From: Phascolarctobacterium sp.
GTDB lineage: Bacteria > Bacillota > Negativicutes > Acidaminococcales > Acidaminococcaceae
Length of the DNA: 38,920 bases
Assembly (NCBI GenBank): GCA_020024105.1
Contig: JAHHUH010000018.1
Location: forward strand, 1-38,920
Reading direction: 5' to 3'
Shown: piece by piece, positions 6,123-14,987 of the stretch
How positions within the stretch are numbered: the stretch's first letter is position 1
Layout: each line of letters opens with the position of its first letter
Notes under the pieces: model-generated
Told to the model about the DNA's origin: nothing
Database searches by the model: none
The model's input: only the letters and a program-made list of their open reading frames with translations
Position numbers and translations under genes: made by a program

Positions 6123-8954
6123 GTGATAACAGAATGTGGATCAGAGTGGAATCGCTGGGACTTGCATCTGCATACGGCGTCTTCCTATGATTACAAATAT
6201 AAATCTGCTGATGCTGATGATTTGTTATGCCAAACTTTGAAACAAAATGGGGTAAAGGCCGTAGCCATAACGGATCATTTTAAAATCGATAAAGATAGAA
6301 TAGAAAGTTTACGTGCAAAAGCTCCTGAAATAGTGTTCTTTCCAGGGGTGGAACTTCGCACGGATAAAGGGGCAAATAATCTCCATCTAATACTGATTTT
6401 TTCCGAAAAATCGGATTTATCTACATTGTCAGCGGATTTTGACGCTATTATGGTACGGCAAAAGGCAAAATCTCCTGAATCTAATGATACAATCTATTGG
6501 GAGTTTTCTGACATTGTCTCTTTTGCAAAAGAACATAACGCTCTTATCACCATTCATGCTGGTAAAAAATCAAATGGGATTGATAAGGAAATTTCAAATT
6601 CTTTGCCAGTTAAGGAGGCAATTAAAGCTGATATTGCAAAGAACGTAGATTTTTTTGAAATCGGCCAGAAACGTGATACAGATTCTTATGAGAAATATGT
6701 CTTCAAGGAAATTGATCGAAAACCACTGATAATGTGCTCTGACTCGCATTCACCGCATGAATATAATCCAAAAGAAAATCTGTGGATCAAGGCCGATCTT
6801 ACTTTTGAAGGACTCAAACAGTGTTTATATCAACCGTTAGAACGAGTGTTTATCGGAGATATTCCCCCTATTCTGGATAGGGTCAATAAAAATAAACAAG
6901 GCAATATAGCTTCAATATCGTGCACTCGTGCAGAGAAACCGGTTAATGTAGACTTCAATTGGTTTGATTTTGAAATTCCTCTTAATCCAGGGATGATTGC
7001 TATAATTGGAAATAAAGGAAGCGGAAAAAGTGCTTTTTCTGATATTATTGCACATCTTTGTCGTTGCAGAACAATGGCAAGTGCATCCTTTTTAAATTCC
7101 AAAAGATTCAGGAAGGCTCCCAAAAATTATGCTAACGATTATTCTGCAACCTTAACATGGGTTGATGGAGAAAAGCGCAGTAGTTCCTTAGCAGCATATC
7201 AAGGGGACGCTTCTATTGAGGATGCACAGTATTTACCTCAAAAATACATTGAAGATGTGTGCAATGATTTTGAAGATGTTTTTCAAAAGGAAATTGACAA
7301 AGTCATTTTTTCATATGTGGATAAAACCGAGCGAGGTGATGCCCAAAATCTTGATGAACTTGTAAGGTTAAAGTCCAAACCATTGGAAATACGCTTTCAA
7401 AACGCACGAATTAAACTTGAGGATGTTAACAGAAGAATAATTAGGCTGGAGGATAAGCGAACTCAGGAATATCGAAAAAATCTCTCTGATAGTCTTAACA
7501 AAGCAGATGAAACATTGAAAAGACATGAAAAATCAAAACCCGTAGCCGTAAACAAACCGGATGGTAAAGATTCTAACGATGAGTATCAAGCCAAACTCAC
7601 TCAATTAAATCAAAGTATTGAGGATACAAAAGGAGAAATTCAAAAGATCAACGATCAAATTAGTGGTATCAATGCTTTTGTAGATGACGTCAGAACAATA
7701 GTAGCACAGATAGCACTTCTTAAAACACATTTTGGAGAAATCCAGGGAAAGATCGATGAACTTTCCGACAAGTATAGTTTAAATAAAGAGGACTATGCGT
7801 TTGCCCTGACTACACCTGATGAGTACTTCGATGAACTAATAAATAAAGCCGGTAAAGATAAGCTGGAATTGCAAGAAACTATTTCTGATTCGAATTCTGA
7901 TTCGAAAACTGGACTTGCTTTTTTACTTTCACAGTACGAGGCAGAAAAATCAATGTTAATTTCCTCAGCAGATGCAGAAGAAAAAGCGTACCAAAAATAT
8001 CTTAAGGATTTAGAAGAATGGGACAATAAGAAATCTGAAATCATAGGAAATAAAGATAGTGAAGGTTCCATTGAGTTCTATAAATACGCCCTTAATTATA
8101 TTGATACAATGCTTATCCCTGAGTATGAGGGACTTGTAAACGAAAGAGATGAAATCTCAAGGTCGCTTTATGAGGGGATAGTCGAGCTTTCACATATTTA
8201 CCAAAGTATATATGCACCCATTCAAGGTGAAATATCTGGGTTGCTTGGGGATTTGGAAGATAATGTCGAATTTCATGCTGAAGTGTTCATGCAAGATACA
8301 AGGATCGCTTCTAATATTTTAAGGTTTATTAATCAAAAATATAATGGAAAATATGGACGTTCCCATAATTCTTTGCAAGAGATAGAGAATAGAGTCAAAA
8401 CTACAAACTTTGGTGATGAAATAGAGGTAATGAATTTTGTTCATGATCTTGCAGAAGTGATAACCAGTGATTTCGAAACGGCAGAAAAGAGAGTTTCTAA
8501 TCGCCAAGAGTTTTATGACTTTATATTTGGACTGGAATATATTGGGGTTAATTTTAAACTCAAAATGGGTAATCACCCATTAGAAGAGCTTTCTCCAGGC
8601 GAACGAGGAATTATCTTGTTGATTTTTTATCTTGCCCTCAGTAAGGAAAGCAAGCCTATAATTATAGATCAACCGGAAGACAATCTGGATAATCAATCTG
8701 TTTATAGTAAATTGGTACCATGTATATGCAAAGCAAAGCAAAAACGTCAAGTTATCATTGTAACGCACAACCCTAATATTGCAGTTGCGTGTGATGCTGA
8801 ACAGATTGTTTATTGCGAGATGGATAAGGTGACAAACCAAATAACCTATGTTTCTGGTGCTATAGAAAACCAGACCATTCGAAATCATGTTGTGGATGTG
8901 CTTGAAGGAACTATGCCTGCGTTTGATTTGAGAAGATTGAAATATAATCAATAG
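6123..8954 (+). CDS. 943-aa fusion protein: N-terminal PHP (polymerase/histidinol-phosphatase) phosphoesterase domain plus Rad50/SbcC/SMC-like ABC ATPase with coiled-coil insert. Candidate single-protein anti-phage effector.
   Basis: PHP motifs WDLHLHTASSYD, VAITDH, TIHAG, MCSDSHSPHEY. Walker A IAIIGNKGSGKSAFSD. About 450-aa charged, heptad-rich region. ABC signature LSPGERG, Walker B PIIIDQPEDNLD, H-loop VIIVTHNP. GTG start (6123) after a purine-rich RBS. Low GC. Sits under the duplicated C-protein promoter. Confidence 0.8.
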   Translation: MITECGSEWNRWDLHLHTASSYDYKYKSADADDLLCQTLKQNGVKAVAITDHFKIDKDRIESLRAKAPEIVFFPGVELRTDKGANNLHLILIFSEKSDLSTLSADFDAIMVRQKAKSPESNDTIYWEFSDIVSFAKEHNALITIHAGKKSNGIDKEISNSLPVKEAIKADIAKNVDFFEIGQKRDTDSYEKYVFKEIDRKPLIMCSDSHSPHEYNPKENLWIKADLTFEGLKQCLYQPLERVFIGDIPPILDRVNKNKQGNIASISCTRAEKPVNVDFNWFDFEIPLNPGMIAIIGNKGSGKSAFSDIIAHLCRCRTMASASFLNSKRFRKAPKNYANDYSATLTWVDGEKRSSSLAAYQGDASIEDAQYLPQKYIEDVCNDFEDVFQKEIDKVIFSYVDKTERGDAQNLDELVRLKSKPLEIRFQNARIKLEDVNRRIIRLEDKRTQEYRKNLSDSLNKADETLKRHEKSKPVAVNKPDGKDSNDEYQAKLTQLNQSIEDTKGEIQKINDQISGINAFVDDVRTIVAQIALLKTHFGEIQGKIDELSDKYSLNKEDYAFALTTPDEYFDELINKAGKDKLELQETISDSNSDSKTGLAFLLSQYEAEKSMLISSADAEEKAYQKYLKDLEEWDNKKSEIIGNKDSEGSIEFYKYALNYIDTMLIPEYEGLVNERDEISRSLYEGIVELSHIYQSIYAPIQGEISGLLGDLEDNVEFHAEVFMQDTRIASNILRFINQKYNGKYGRSHNSLQEIENRVKTTNFGDEIEVMNFVHDLAEVITSDFETAEKRVSNRQEFYDFIFGLEYIGVNFKLKMGNHPLEELSPGERGIILLIFYLALSKESKPIIIDQPEDNLDNQSVYSKLVPCICKAKQKRQVIIVTHNPNIAVACDAEQIVYCEMDKVTNQITYVSGAIENQTIRNHVVDVLEGTMPAFDLRRLKYNQ

Positions 8955-9118
8955 TAGCCTATGTCGTACGGCAACACTCTGGCAACACAAAATCAGATAG
9001 CCTATACTATCCTGATAATGAGAATAATAGTGATACGAGATGTTATTTCCACTAACTAAAAAAGCTTAGTTTTCCTTAACCAGGAGCGAATGTGAATAAT
9101 TAAATAAGGATTTTAGTA

Positions 9119-9170
9119 CCCCGGAAAGCTTTGAAAATAAAGAGCTTTCCGGGATATTTTGGTTTTAGGG
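9119..9170 (+). terminator. Rho-independent terminator (11-bp perfect stem CCCGGAAAGCT/AGCTTTCCGGG, 12-nt loop, then ATATTTTGGTTTT)
   Basis: Read directly, 165 nt after the stop of the 943-aa gene. Confidence 0.75.
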
Positions 9171-9570
9171 GATATAAAATGGCTGACTCCCAAGTTGGCA
9201 ATGCTCTTTTGCTTTCTGCTTCTACCAATGCAGCTGGCTGGTAAGCTATCACACTTTCTTCGAGGTCAATCATCACATCCGTATGTAGTCCATAAATAGT
9301 GTAGCCTAATTATTTTTTCTGATTTATACCATCCTTGAAAAATAATAAAAAAGTTTTTTTTACTATTATATAATTTATATTTCAGAATTTTTACTATAAA
9401 ATTAGCCAATAATATATGCATAAATTAGTTAAATTTGGGTTAAATAAATAAAAGGAAGTGGGACAATAATGTACACTGGTGTTGATTAATGTCCCATATT
9501 AGTGTATACTACATAAGTCGCTACAAGTGTTACTGTATTTGAAAGCACGATACCACCAGTTTTAGGCTGG

Positions 9571-11049
9571 TTGGTAAGCATATTTAAGGAGGGTACTTTT
9601 ACAGTGATTACGTTTTTTGGTGCATTGTTGTTGCTTGTGTTAGGCTTTTTTACCTATAGCAGGCTGATTGAAAAGATTTTCCATATTGATGACCGTCAGA
9701 CTCCGGCCGTAGCTCACCCCGATGGTGTTGACTACATGCCGATGAAAACCTGGCGCATCTTCCTCATCCAACTGCTGAACATTGCTGGCTTAGGTCCTAT
9801 CTTTGGTGCCATTGCCGGTGCCTGCTGGGGTCCTGTAGTTTATTTGTGGATTGTTCTTGGTACCATCTTTGCTGGTGGTGTTCATGACTTCCTGTCCGGC
9901 ATGATGAGTGAACGTGAGGATGGTTCTTCCATCTCTGAGGTCGTTGGTAAATATATGGGTGGCGTGGTTGCCTTCGTGATGAGGGTCTTCTCCGTTGTCC
10001 TGCTGGTTTTGGTAGGTACTACCTTCTCCACTGGTCCGGCTAAGCTGCTGGGCTATTTAACTCCCGATGTTTTAAGTGCTAATTTCTGGTTAGCTGTTAT
10101 TTTGATTTATTATTTATGCGCAACCTTCTTACCGGTGGATAAAATCATTGGTAAGTTCTATCCCTTCTTCGGCCTGTGCCTGATTGTTATGGCGGTAGGT
10201 GTTGCAGGTGGTATGATTGTTCAAGGTTATGCCATGCCTGAGCTGTGGCAGAATTTTGCAAACCAGGACCCTGCTGGTAAGCCCATCTGGCCTCTGATGT
10301 TCGTATCCGTAGCCTGCGGTGCTATTTCTGGTTTCCATGCTACCCAATCTCCTTTGATGGCTCGTTGCATCACCTCTGAAAAAGAGGGTAGAACCGTTTT
10401 CTATGGTGCTATGGTAGCTGAAGGTGTTATTGCTTTGATTTGGGCTGCTGCCGGTGTAACTGTATATAATGGTACTGGTGGCTTAACTCATGCTTTGGCA
10501 ACCCTTGGTGGTCCTGGCGGCGTTGTTTATGATATCTGCCTGACCCTGATGGGACCTGTTGGTGCTGTAATGGCCATGGTTGGTGTTATTGCCTGCCCCA
10601 TTACCTCCGGCGATACTGCTTTCCGTTCTGCTCGTCTGACCTTGGCTGACTGGTTCAAAATTGACCAATCCAAGATGAATATCCGTCTGATGATTGCTGT
10701 TCCTCTCTTGGCTTGTGGTGCTGTTCTTTCCCAACTGGACTTCGGCATTATCTGGAGATACTTCAGCTGGTCCAACCAGACCTTGGCAATGATCGTACTT
10801 TGGACTGGTGCGGTATTCCTCCATCGTTATGGCTTCCCGCCCATTGCCTGCCTGATTGCTGCTGTACCTGCAACCTTTATGACCGCGGTAACAGTAACCT
10901 ATATTTTCATCGCTCCGGAAGGCTTTAAGCTGGGCGCTGAAATTGCTTATCCTGTCGGTATTGTTGCGGCCATTGTTTTGTTCGCTCTTTTCTGGTATAA
11001 AACTTTCGTAGTCAATAAGGACAATATTAATAAAGAACTCTGCAAATAA
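9571..11049 (+). CDS. cstA: Carbon starvation protein A family transporter (CstA)
   Basis: Multi-TM protein. N-terminal pattern ...RLIEKIFHIDDRQTPAVAHPDGVDYMPM...GPIFGAIAGA...WIVLGTIFAGGVHDF typical of CstA. The true start is probably GTG at about 9604, after AAGGAGGG (9586-9593). GC content rises sharply here, marking the core genome. Confidence 0.8.
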   Translation: MVSIFKEGTFTVITFFGALLLLVLGFFTYSRLIEKIFHIDDRQTPAVAHPDGVDYMPMKTWRIFLIQLLNIAGLGPIFGAIAGACWGPVVYLWIVLGTIFAGGVHDFLSGMMSEREDGSSISEVVGKYMGGVVAFVMRVFSVVLLVLVGTTFSTGPAKLLGYLTPDVLSANFWLAVILIYYLCATFLPVDKIIGKFYPFFGLCLIVMAVGVAGGMIVQGYAMPELWQNFANQDPAGKPIWPLMFVSVACGAISGFHATQSPLMARCITSEKEGRTVFYGAMVAEGVIALIWAAAGVTVYNGTGGLTHALATLGGPGGVVYDICLTLMGPVGAVMAMVGVIACPITSGDTAFRSARLTLADWFKIDQSKMNIRLMIAVPLLACGAVLSQLDFGIIWRYFSWSNQTLAMIVLWTGAVFLHRYGFPPIACLIAAVPATFMTAVTVTYIFIAPEGFKLGAEIAYPVGIVAAIVLFALFWYKTFVVNKDNINKELCK

Positions 11050-11061
11050 GCGTTAACACAC

Positions 11062-11101
11062 AAAAAGGCTCCCCTAGATTTTTCTAGGGGAGCTTTTTTT
11101 A
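11062..11101. terminator. Bidirectional terminator (GGCTCCCCTAGA tttt TCTAGGGGAGC flanked by A-run and T-run)
   Basis: Read directly. Lies between convergent cstA (+) and the SPFH gene (-). Confidence 0.8.
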
Positions 11102-11122
11102 GGTTGGCCTTTACTGACCAGC

Positions 11123-12247
11123 TTAGGAGGTCGCTTTACCGTGGAGTAATTCTGCCAACTGGCTGAGGAGGGCACCATTACCATTCAGGTTTAGGTTCTC
11201 CACGTTGGAGCAGATATGCTCCAGGTATTCCAGCTCCTTCAGGCGATAAAGGGTTTTGTTCTCGTCCATCAGCTTCGCCGTATTCAGCAGGGAACGGGTG
11301 GAGGCCACTTCTTCACGACGGGTGATTACATTGGCCTGGGCACGTTTTTCTGCCAACAGGACGGTATTCATAATATCCCTAATATCTCCGGGGAGGATAA
11401 TATCCTTGATACCACCATCCACTATCTCCAGGTACAGTTCTTGCGCCTTGCTGTGGAGCTGGTTCGTGATATATTGGGAAATTTCTTCCTTCCTGGCCAG
11501 AAGCTCATCCAGCTTATGGTTACCTACATATTCACGGATAATCAGCTGCGCTGCCACATGGAGCTGTTCCTTATAGTCATCAATCGAGGTCAGGATTTTG
11601 TCGTAATCTGTAATACGGTAGTTGCACACGTAGTTCAGACGCAGGCTGACCTTATCCTGGGTCAAAATTTCCTGACCGGTAATTTGTTTTTGTGTCAGAC
11701 GGGTATCAAGTATATCAATGGTGATACAGGTAGGTGTCTGCCAAAAATAGTGGACGCCGGTTTCCAGCAGCTGGACAAATTTTTGGTTAAAATACAGACG
11801 ACCCTTTTCAAATTCTGTTACTGCAAAACGGACTACGTATTTCTGACCCAGACGGTCAAGGATATAGGTGGGAATGTCCTCCTGGATATAGGGGGTACTG
11901 ATATCCACCATCTGGAAGGTATGGTTGGTGTTGTTTTTCCAAAAGGCATACTGGCCATGGGGAAGTACCTCGACAAAATTTCCATCCTCGAAGTGGAGCG
12001 CCAGCTGCTGGTCCATAACCTGTACGGAGGTGACCTCCTGGGCGAGGGTTTTATTTTTTAATAAAGTCTTCAGGGGTGCTACGGCTGATGCAAGCGGTTT
12101 TTCCAGAGCTAAAAGCTCTACCCTGCTATCGCCCCAAATGTAGTGTTTACCAGCAGTAAGCACTTTGGTAAAAATACCGTTTTTAAAAAGTAAACCACGT
12201 TGATTGTCATTTATAATTATTTTTTGAAAGTTAAACATGTTATCCAA
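11123..12247 (-). CDS. SPFH / band-7 (stomatin-prohibitin-like) domain protein
   Basis: 374 aa. C-terminal region ...DIRDIMNTVLLAEKRAQANVITRREEVASTRSLLNTAKLM... resembles SPFH family. AAAGGAG RBS 8 nt before ATG. The large antisense ORF 11216-12061 is rejected. Confidence 0.55.
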   Translation of the reverse strand: MDNMFNFQKIIINDNQRGLLFKNGIFTKVLTAGKHYIWGDSRVELLALEKPLASAVAPLKTLLKNKTLAQEVTSVQVMDQQLALHFEDGNFVEVLPHGQYAFWKNNTNHTFQMVDISTPYIQEDIPTYILDRLGQKYVVRFAVTEFEKGRLYFNQKFVQLLETGVHYFWQTPTCITIDILDTRLTQKQITGQEILTQDKVSLRLNYVCNYRITDYDKILTSIDDYKEQLHVAAQLIIREYVGNHKLDELLARKEEISQYITNQLHSKAQELYLEIVDGGIKDIILPGDIRDIMNTVLLAEKRAQANVITRREEVASTRSLLNTAKLMDENKTLYRLKELEYLEHICSNVENLNLNGNGALLSQLAELLHGKATS

Positions 12248-12249
12248 TC

Positions 12250-12480
12250 TCCTTTAACTTGCATTTAGAGTGGTCTACATCCCCGGTGGAGCTACGGCCA
12301 AGGCTTTTAGTAGTACCTAATCTGGCGGAGGGGGCTTCCCTTGGCCTAGCGACGGTAGCTACGGTATCCAGTCTTGGACAGGGTAGCTGCTCCAGTGCCG
12401 CAGTGGCTTCGGCAGGAACCGAAGTAGCCGCGGCTGGGTGTAGGTTGTTTTTTGATAAGATTCAAATTTGCTTTTTGTTT
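12250..12480 (-). other. GC-rich (about 60%) highly self-complementary non-coding element forming the 5' leader of the SPFH gene. Candidate structured RNA / cis-regulatory element of unknown class.
   Basis: Multiple nested inverted repeats (GGCCAAGG...CCTTGGCC, CTTCGG...CCGAAG, repeated GTAGCTACGG / GTAGCTGCTCC units). No credible ORF: the 77-aa + strand ORF is low-complexity. Strand assignment is tentative. Confidence 0.3.
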
Positions 12481-12687
12481 TGTTCAACATAAAACCAAGT
12501 AAAATTTTGTTGAGGCTGTTTAAGCCTCTTTCACATCTGGCATACGCTGAGCTATTGCCTGCGCACCCCGGTGCTTATAGGGAAACACCGTAGTCAAAGC
12601 TTACTGGGAAGATTGCTGACAGGTATAAGGATAACAGTATGCCCCGCTTTTAGCACGGAAAAAAAGATACGAGAACTGCTTAGGGAA

Positions 12688-12722
12688 AGAAAAAGGCCCT
12701 CCTTACTTAGTAAGGAGGGTCT
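12688..12722 (-). terminator. Terminator for the WYL operon (stem CCCTCCTTAC/GTAAGGAGGG, U-run on the minus strand)
   Basis: Read directly. Lies just downstream (minus-strand sense) of the stop at 12727. Confidence 0.7.
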
Positions 12723-12726
12723 GCTG

Positions 12727-13653
12727 TTATAGCTGCTTATCATAAAATGCCAGCTGCCGGAGCAATCTAGCTTTCAGCTTCTGGATAATACGGTCCGGAC
12801 TGAGTACCTGGATAAGAGGACCTAGGGAAAGCAGGCGGATAATCAGTTCTGCTTCGTCCTCGCTGTCATAGCTAATGGTAATTTGGTAGGTATGGGCTGT
12901 CAGTCTGGTGGTTTCCTTGGCAAAATGGGAAAATTGCAGGAGGGCCCGGTTAAGGGCGTTGCGGTGATCGTCCAGAATGAAGGCCAGCTGCTGTTGGGGC
13001 GGCTCCAGCACCCCGCCCAGTGGCGGAGGGTCAGCAAGGAGGGTACAGCTGTGAATACCGGAGAGCCTGAGGATGTAGCTTCTTTGGGCACCACTACCTC
13101 TAACTCTAAATTTATCATCCTTGGCAGAGTATTCCAGGTAGAGGGGAAGAAAATGGAGCTTTTGGAGCCGGTGGCCCTTCGTATAGTAGGTAAATGCCAG
13201 CTCCTGCCGCTGCTGGATGGCTTGGAGGATGGTCCGGAAGTTGGCTATGTAGTGGGGGCTACGAAAATTATCTCCGTCCTGGTAGCGGTCATAATAGACA
13301 ATGTCCTGCCAATCGAAAAGGGGCTTGAGCTTTTCCAGACCCTGGGTGCTAGGGCTAAAGAGCTGGATACGAGGGTCCTGGAGCAGGGTTGCGAGCCAGC
13401 GCTTTTCTAAAAGGGAGAGGGGCTGCTGAGGTGGATGGCGGATAACGGTGCTCAGGTCCTTCCGTAGCAGGGGCCATTCCTGCTGCAATGCCTGGGGCAG
13501 GGTAAGGACGCTTTCTTCAAAGGCCTTTTCCCGGACCAGCTGGTACAGCCTGTCCTGGGTAAGCTGGCCTCGGACGGCTTCCTGTAGGATGGCTGTAACA
13601 GTAGTAAAATAAACATTATAAATTTCCTGAAAGAGCATCTTCTTCACCTCCAT
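12727..13653 (-). CDS. WYL-domain protein (regulator-like, no obvious HTH)
   Basis: 308 aa. WYL-like stretch LPLYLEYSAKDDKFRVRGSGAQRSYILRLSGI. Overlaps the upstream gene by 38 nt. Confidence 0.5.
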   Translation of the reverse strand: MEVKKMLFQEIYNVYFTTVTAILQEAVRGQLTQDRLYQLVREKAFEESVLTLPQALQQEWPLLRKDLSTVIRHPPQQPLSLLEKRWLATLLQDPRIQLFSPSTQGLEKLKPLFDWQDIVYYDRYQDGDNFRSPHYIANFRTILQAIQQRQELAFTYYTKGHRLQKLHFLPLYLEYSAKDDKFRVRGSGAQRSYILRLSGIHSCTLLADPPPLGGVLEPPQQQLAFILDDHRNALNRALLQFSHFAKETTRLTAHTYQITISYDSEDEAELIIRLLSLGPLIQVLSPDRIIQKLKARLLRQLAFYDKQL

Positions 13654-14869
13654 AGAGTGCCAGCATTTTTAGTAAATCCTCTCGGTAGAGCTCCAGCAGG
13701 CGGGGATTAGTGCAGTCCAGCTTTTTGATGCGGCCGTAAAAGGTTCGTAGCCAGGGGAGCATTTCCAGCGTATCGTAAACATCGGCAGTAAAAAGATAGG
13801 TATCCTCCGCCAGCTTCTGGACGGAGCCGCAACGTTTTTCCCGATACAATCTCTGGACCAGATAGCCTTCTTCTGGTTCAAAGTGCAAGGTGACTTCTAA
13901 ATGCTCCGTGGTTTCCTGACCATTATATGAAACACCCCAAAGCCGCTGCTGAAATTCTGCCAGGGGCTGCTCCAGCTCCTGAACGGCAGGGTAAATATTG
14001 CCGGGGGTAACACTGATCAGCATATCCACCCGGTAAAAGCGGAAGCTGTGGTATTTTAGGGAATAGGACAGAAGAAAGCAGCGGCCACTTTGAACGCTGG
14101 TATAAATTTTTAAGGGCAGGACCTCCTGGGGTGGGAGGGGCTGCTGCTGACGGTTGACCAGCTCTAGCTGAACACAGCGGTGCTCCTGGAGGGCGGCAAG
14201 GAGGCTGTAAAGAATTTCGCTGTCCAGGGCGTGGAGGATGTAGTGATGCTTAAAGCGGAAGGGCTGCTCCATGGGGGGCAGCTTGTCCAGCAGAAAGGAG
14301 CCGAGGACGCCTAGGGGAGCCGTTTCTGCGTAAAAGCTGAGGGCAGTAGCCCAGGAGCTTAATGCAACCTGCTGGGGTGTTAGTCTGTAATAGAGCTCAC
14401 AACCGGATTTTTCTGTGGTTAATAGTCCCAGCCGTACATATTCCTGAAGCTTTTTGCGGATGGTGGAGGCATCAAGATTAAAATTCGTGTCAAAATGGGC
14501 TAAATAATCCTGGTAAATGCGGTTCACAATGGCTGTCGTTGTCAGGGACAGGCCACCGGCTAAAATATCCAGCAGATAAAAATGCAGGGTAATATCCCTG
14601 GCGGTAAAGCTTTTAGTTTTTAAGGATTTATAGAGGGGATTACTGGTGATGGCTCTGCTGTCCACGGAGAGGAAAACCTGCTTTCCCTCAGCATTGCGGT
14701 GAAAGGACAGATAATCTCCCAGCCAGCTTTCAATGCGGCGGCGTTCATTATCATAGCTGCGACGATTTTTGGGGGCGTAGTCCTCGCGACTTTTAAAGCC
14801 GTAAACATAGAATTGGCGCATGTAGGTACGGATTTTCTGATAATCCTTAATTAATTCACTATAGGCCAT
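13616..14869 (-). CDS. WYL-domain transcriptional regulator (N-terminal winged-HTH-like region plus WYL)
   Basis: 417 aa. WYL signature FLLSYSLKYHSFRFYRVDMLISV. Co-directional with and overlapping the second WYL gene (PafB/PafC-like pairing). Confidence 0.6.
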   Translation of the reverse strand: MAYSELIKDYQKIRTYMRQFYVYGFKSREDYAPKNRRSYDNERRRIESWLGDYLSFHRNAEGKQVFLSVDSRAITSNPLYKSLKTKSFTARDITLHFYLLDILAGGLSLTTTAIVNRIYQDYLAHFDTNFNLDASTIRKKLQEYVRLGLLTTEKSGCELYYRLTPQQVALSSWATALSFYAETAPLGVLGSFLLDKLPPMEQPFRFKHHYILHALDSEILYSLLAALQEHRCVQLELVNRQQQPLPPQEVLPLKIYTSVQSGRCFLLSYSLKYHSFRFYRVDMLISVTPGNIYPAVQELEQPLAEFQQRLWGVSYNGQETTEHLEVTLHFEPEEGYLVQRLYREKRCGSVQKLAEDTYLFTADVYDTLEMLPWLRTFYGRIKKLDCTNPRLLELYREDLLKMLALYGGEEDALSGNL

Positions 14870-14937
14870 GGCATACTTCCTCCTAGAACTTGTGCTGTCT
14901 ATATTATACTAGGTAAAAATTTCTCCGTACATAAAAG

Positions 14938-14975
14938 AACCTCTGCTAATACACTGGGGCGTAGTAGCAGAGGCA
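14938..14975 (-). terminator. Terminator (9-bp stem CCTCTGCTA/TAGCAGAGG) downstream of the nitroreductase gene
   Basis: Read directly. U-rich tract follows on the minus strand. Confidence 0.55.
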
Positions 14976-14987
14976 GTTAGTTTATTT

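Noticed and set aside
9170-9360. Possible 58-aa minus-strand ORF (MIDLEESVIAYQPAALVEAESKRALPTWES...) downstream of the PHP-ATPase gene
   Set aside because: Runs through the 9119-9170 terminator hairpin, has no RBS and is short. Possibly a remnant but not supportable as a gene.
11216-12061. 281-aa + strand ORF (plus 11256-11576 and 11925-12143) antisense to the SPFH gene
   Set aside because: Entirely inside the better-supported minus-strand gene. Low-complexity translation with no RBS or motif. Typical shadow ORF of a GC-rich coding region.
12250-12480. Assignment of the GC-rich element to a known RNA family (cobalamin, ZTP or SAM riboswitch, T-box, SRP RNA, 6S, tmRNA, RNase P) or to the 77-aa ORF 12259-12492
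   Set aside because: Only fragmentary resemblances (for example GCCACUG / GGGAAGCC, CCACCGGGG), in the wrong order or context for those families. The ORF is low-complexity Ala/Ser/Gly-rich with no RBS. Left as an unclassified element.
12883-13410. 175-aa + strand ORF antisense to the WYL gene, and other small antisense ORFs in 13669-14808
   Set aside because: Shadow ORFs. The minus-strand genes have coherent WYL motifs and translational coupling.
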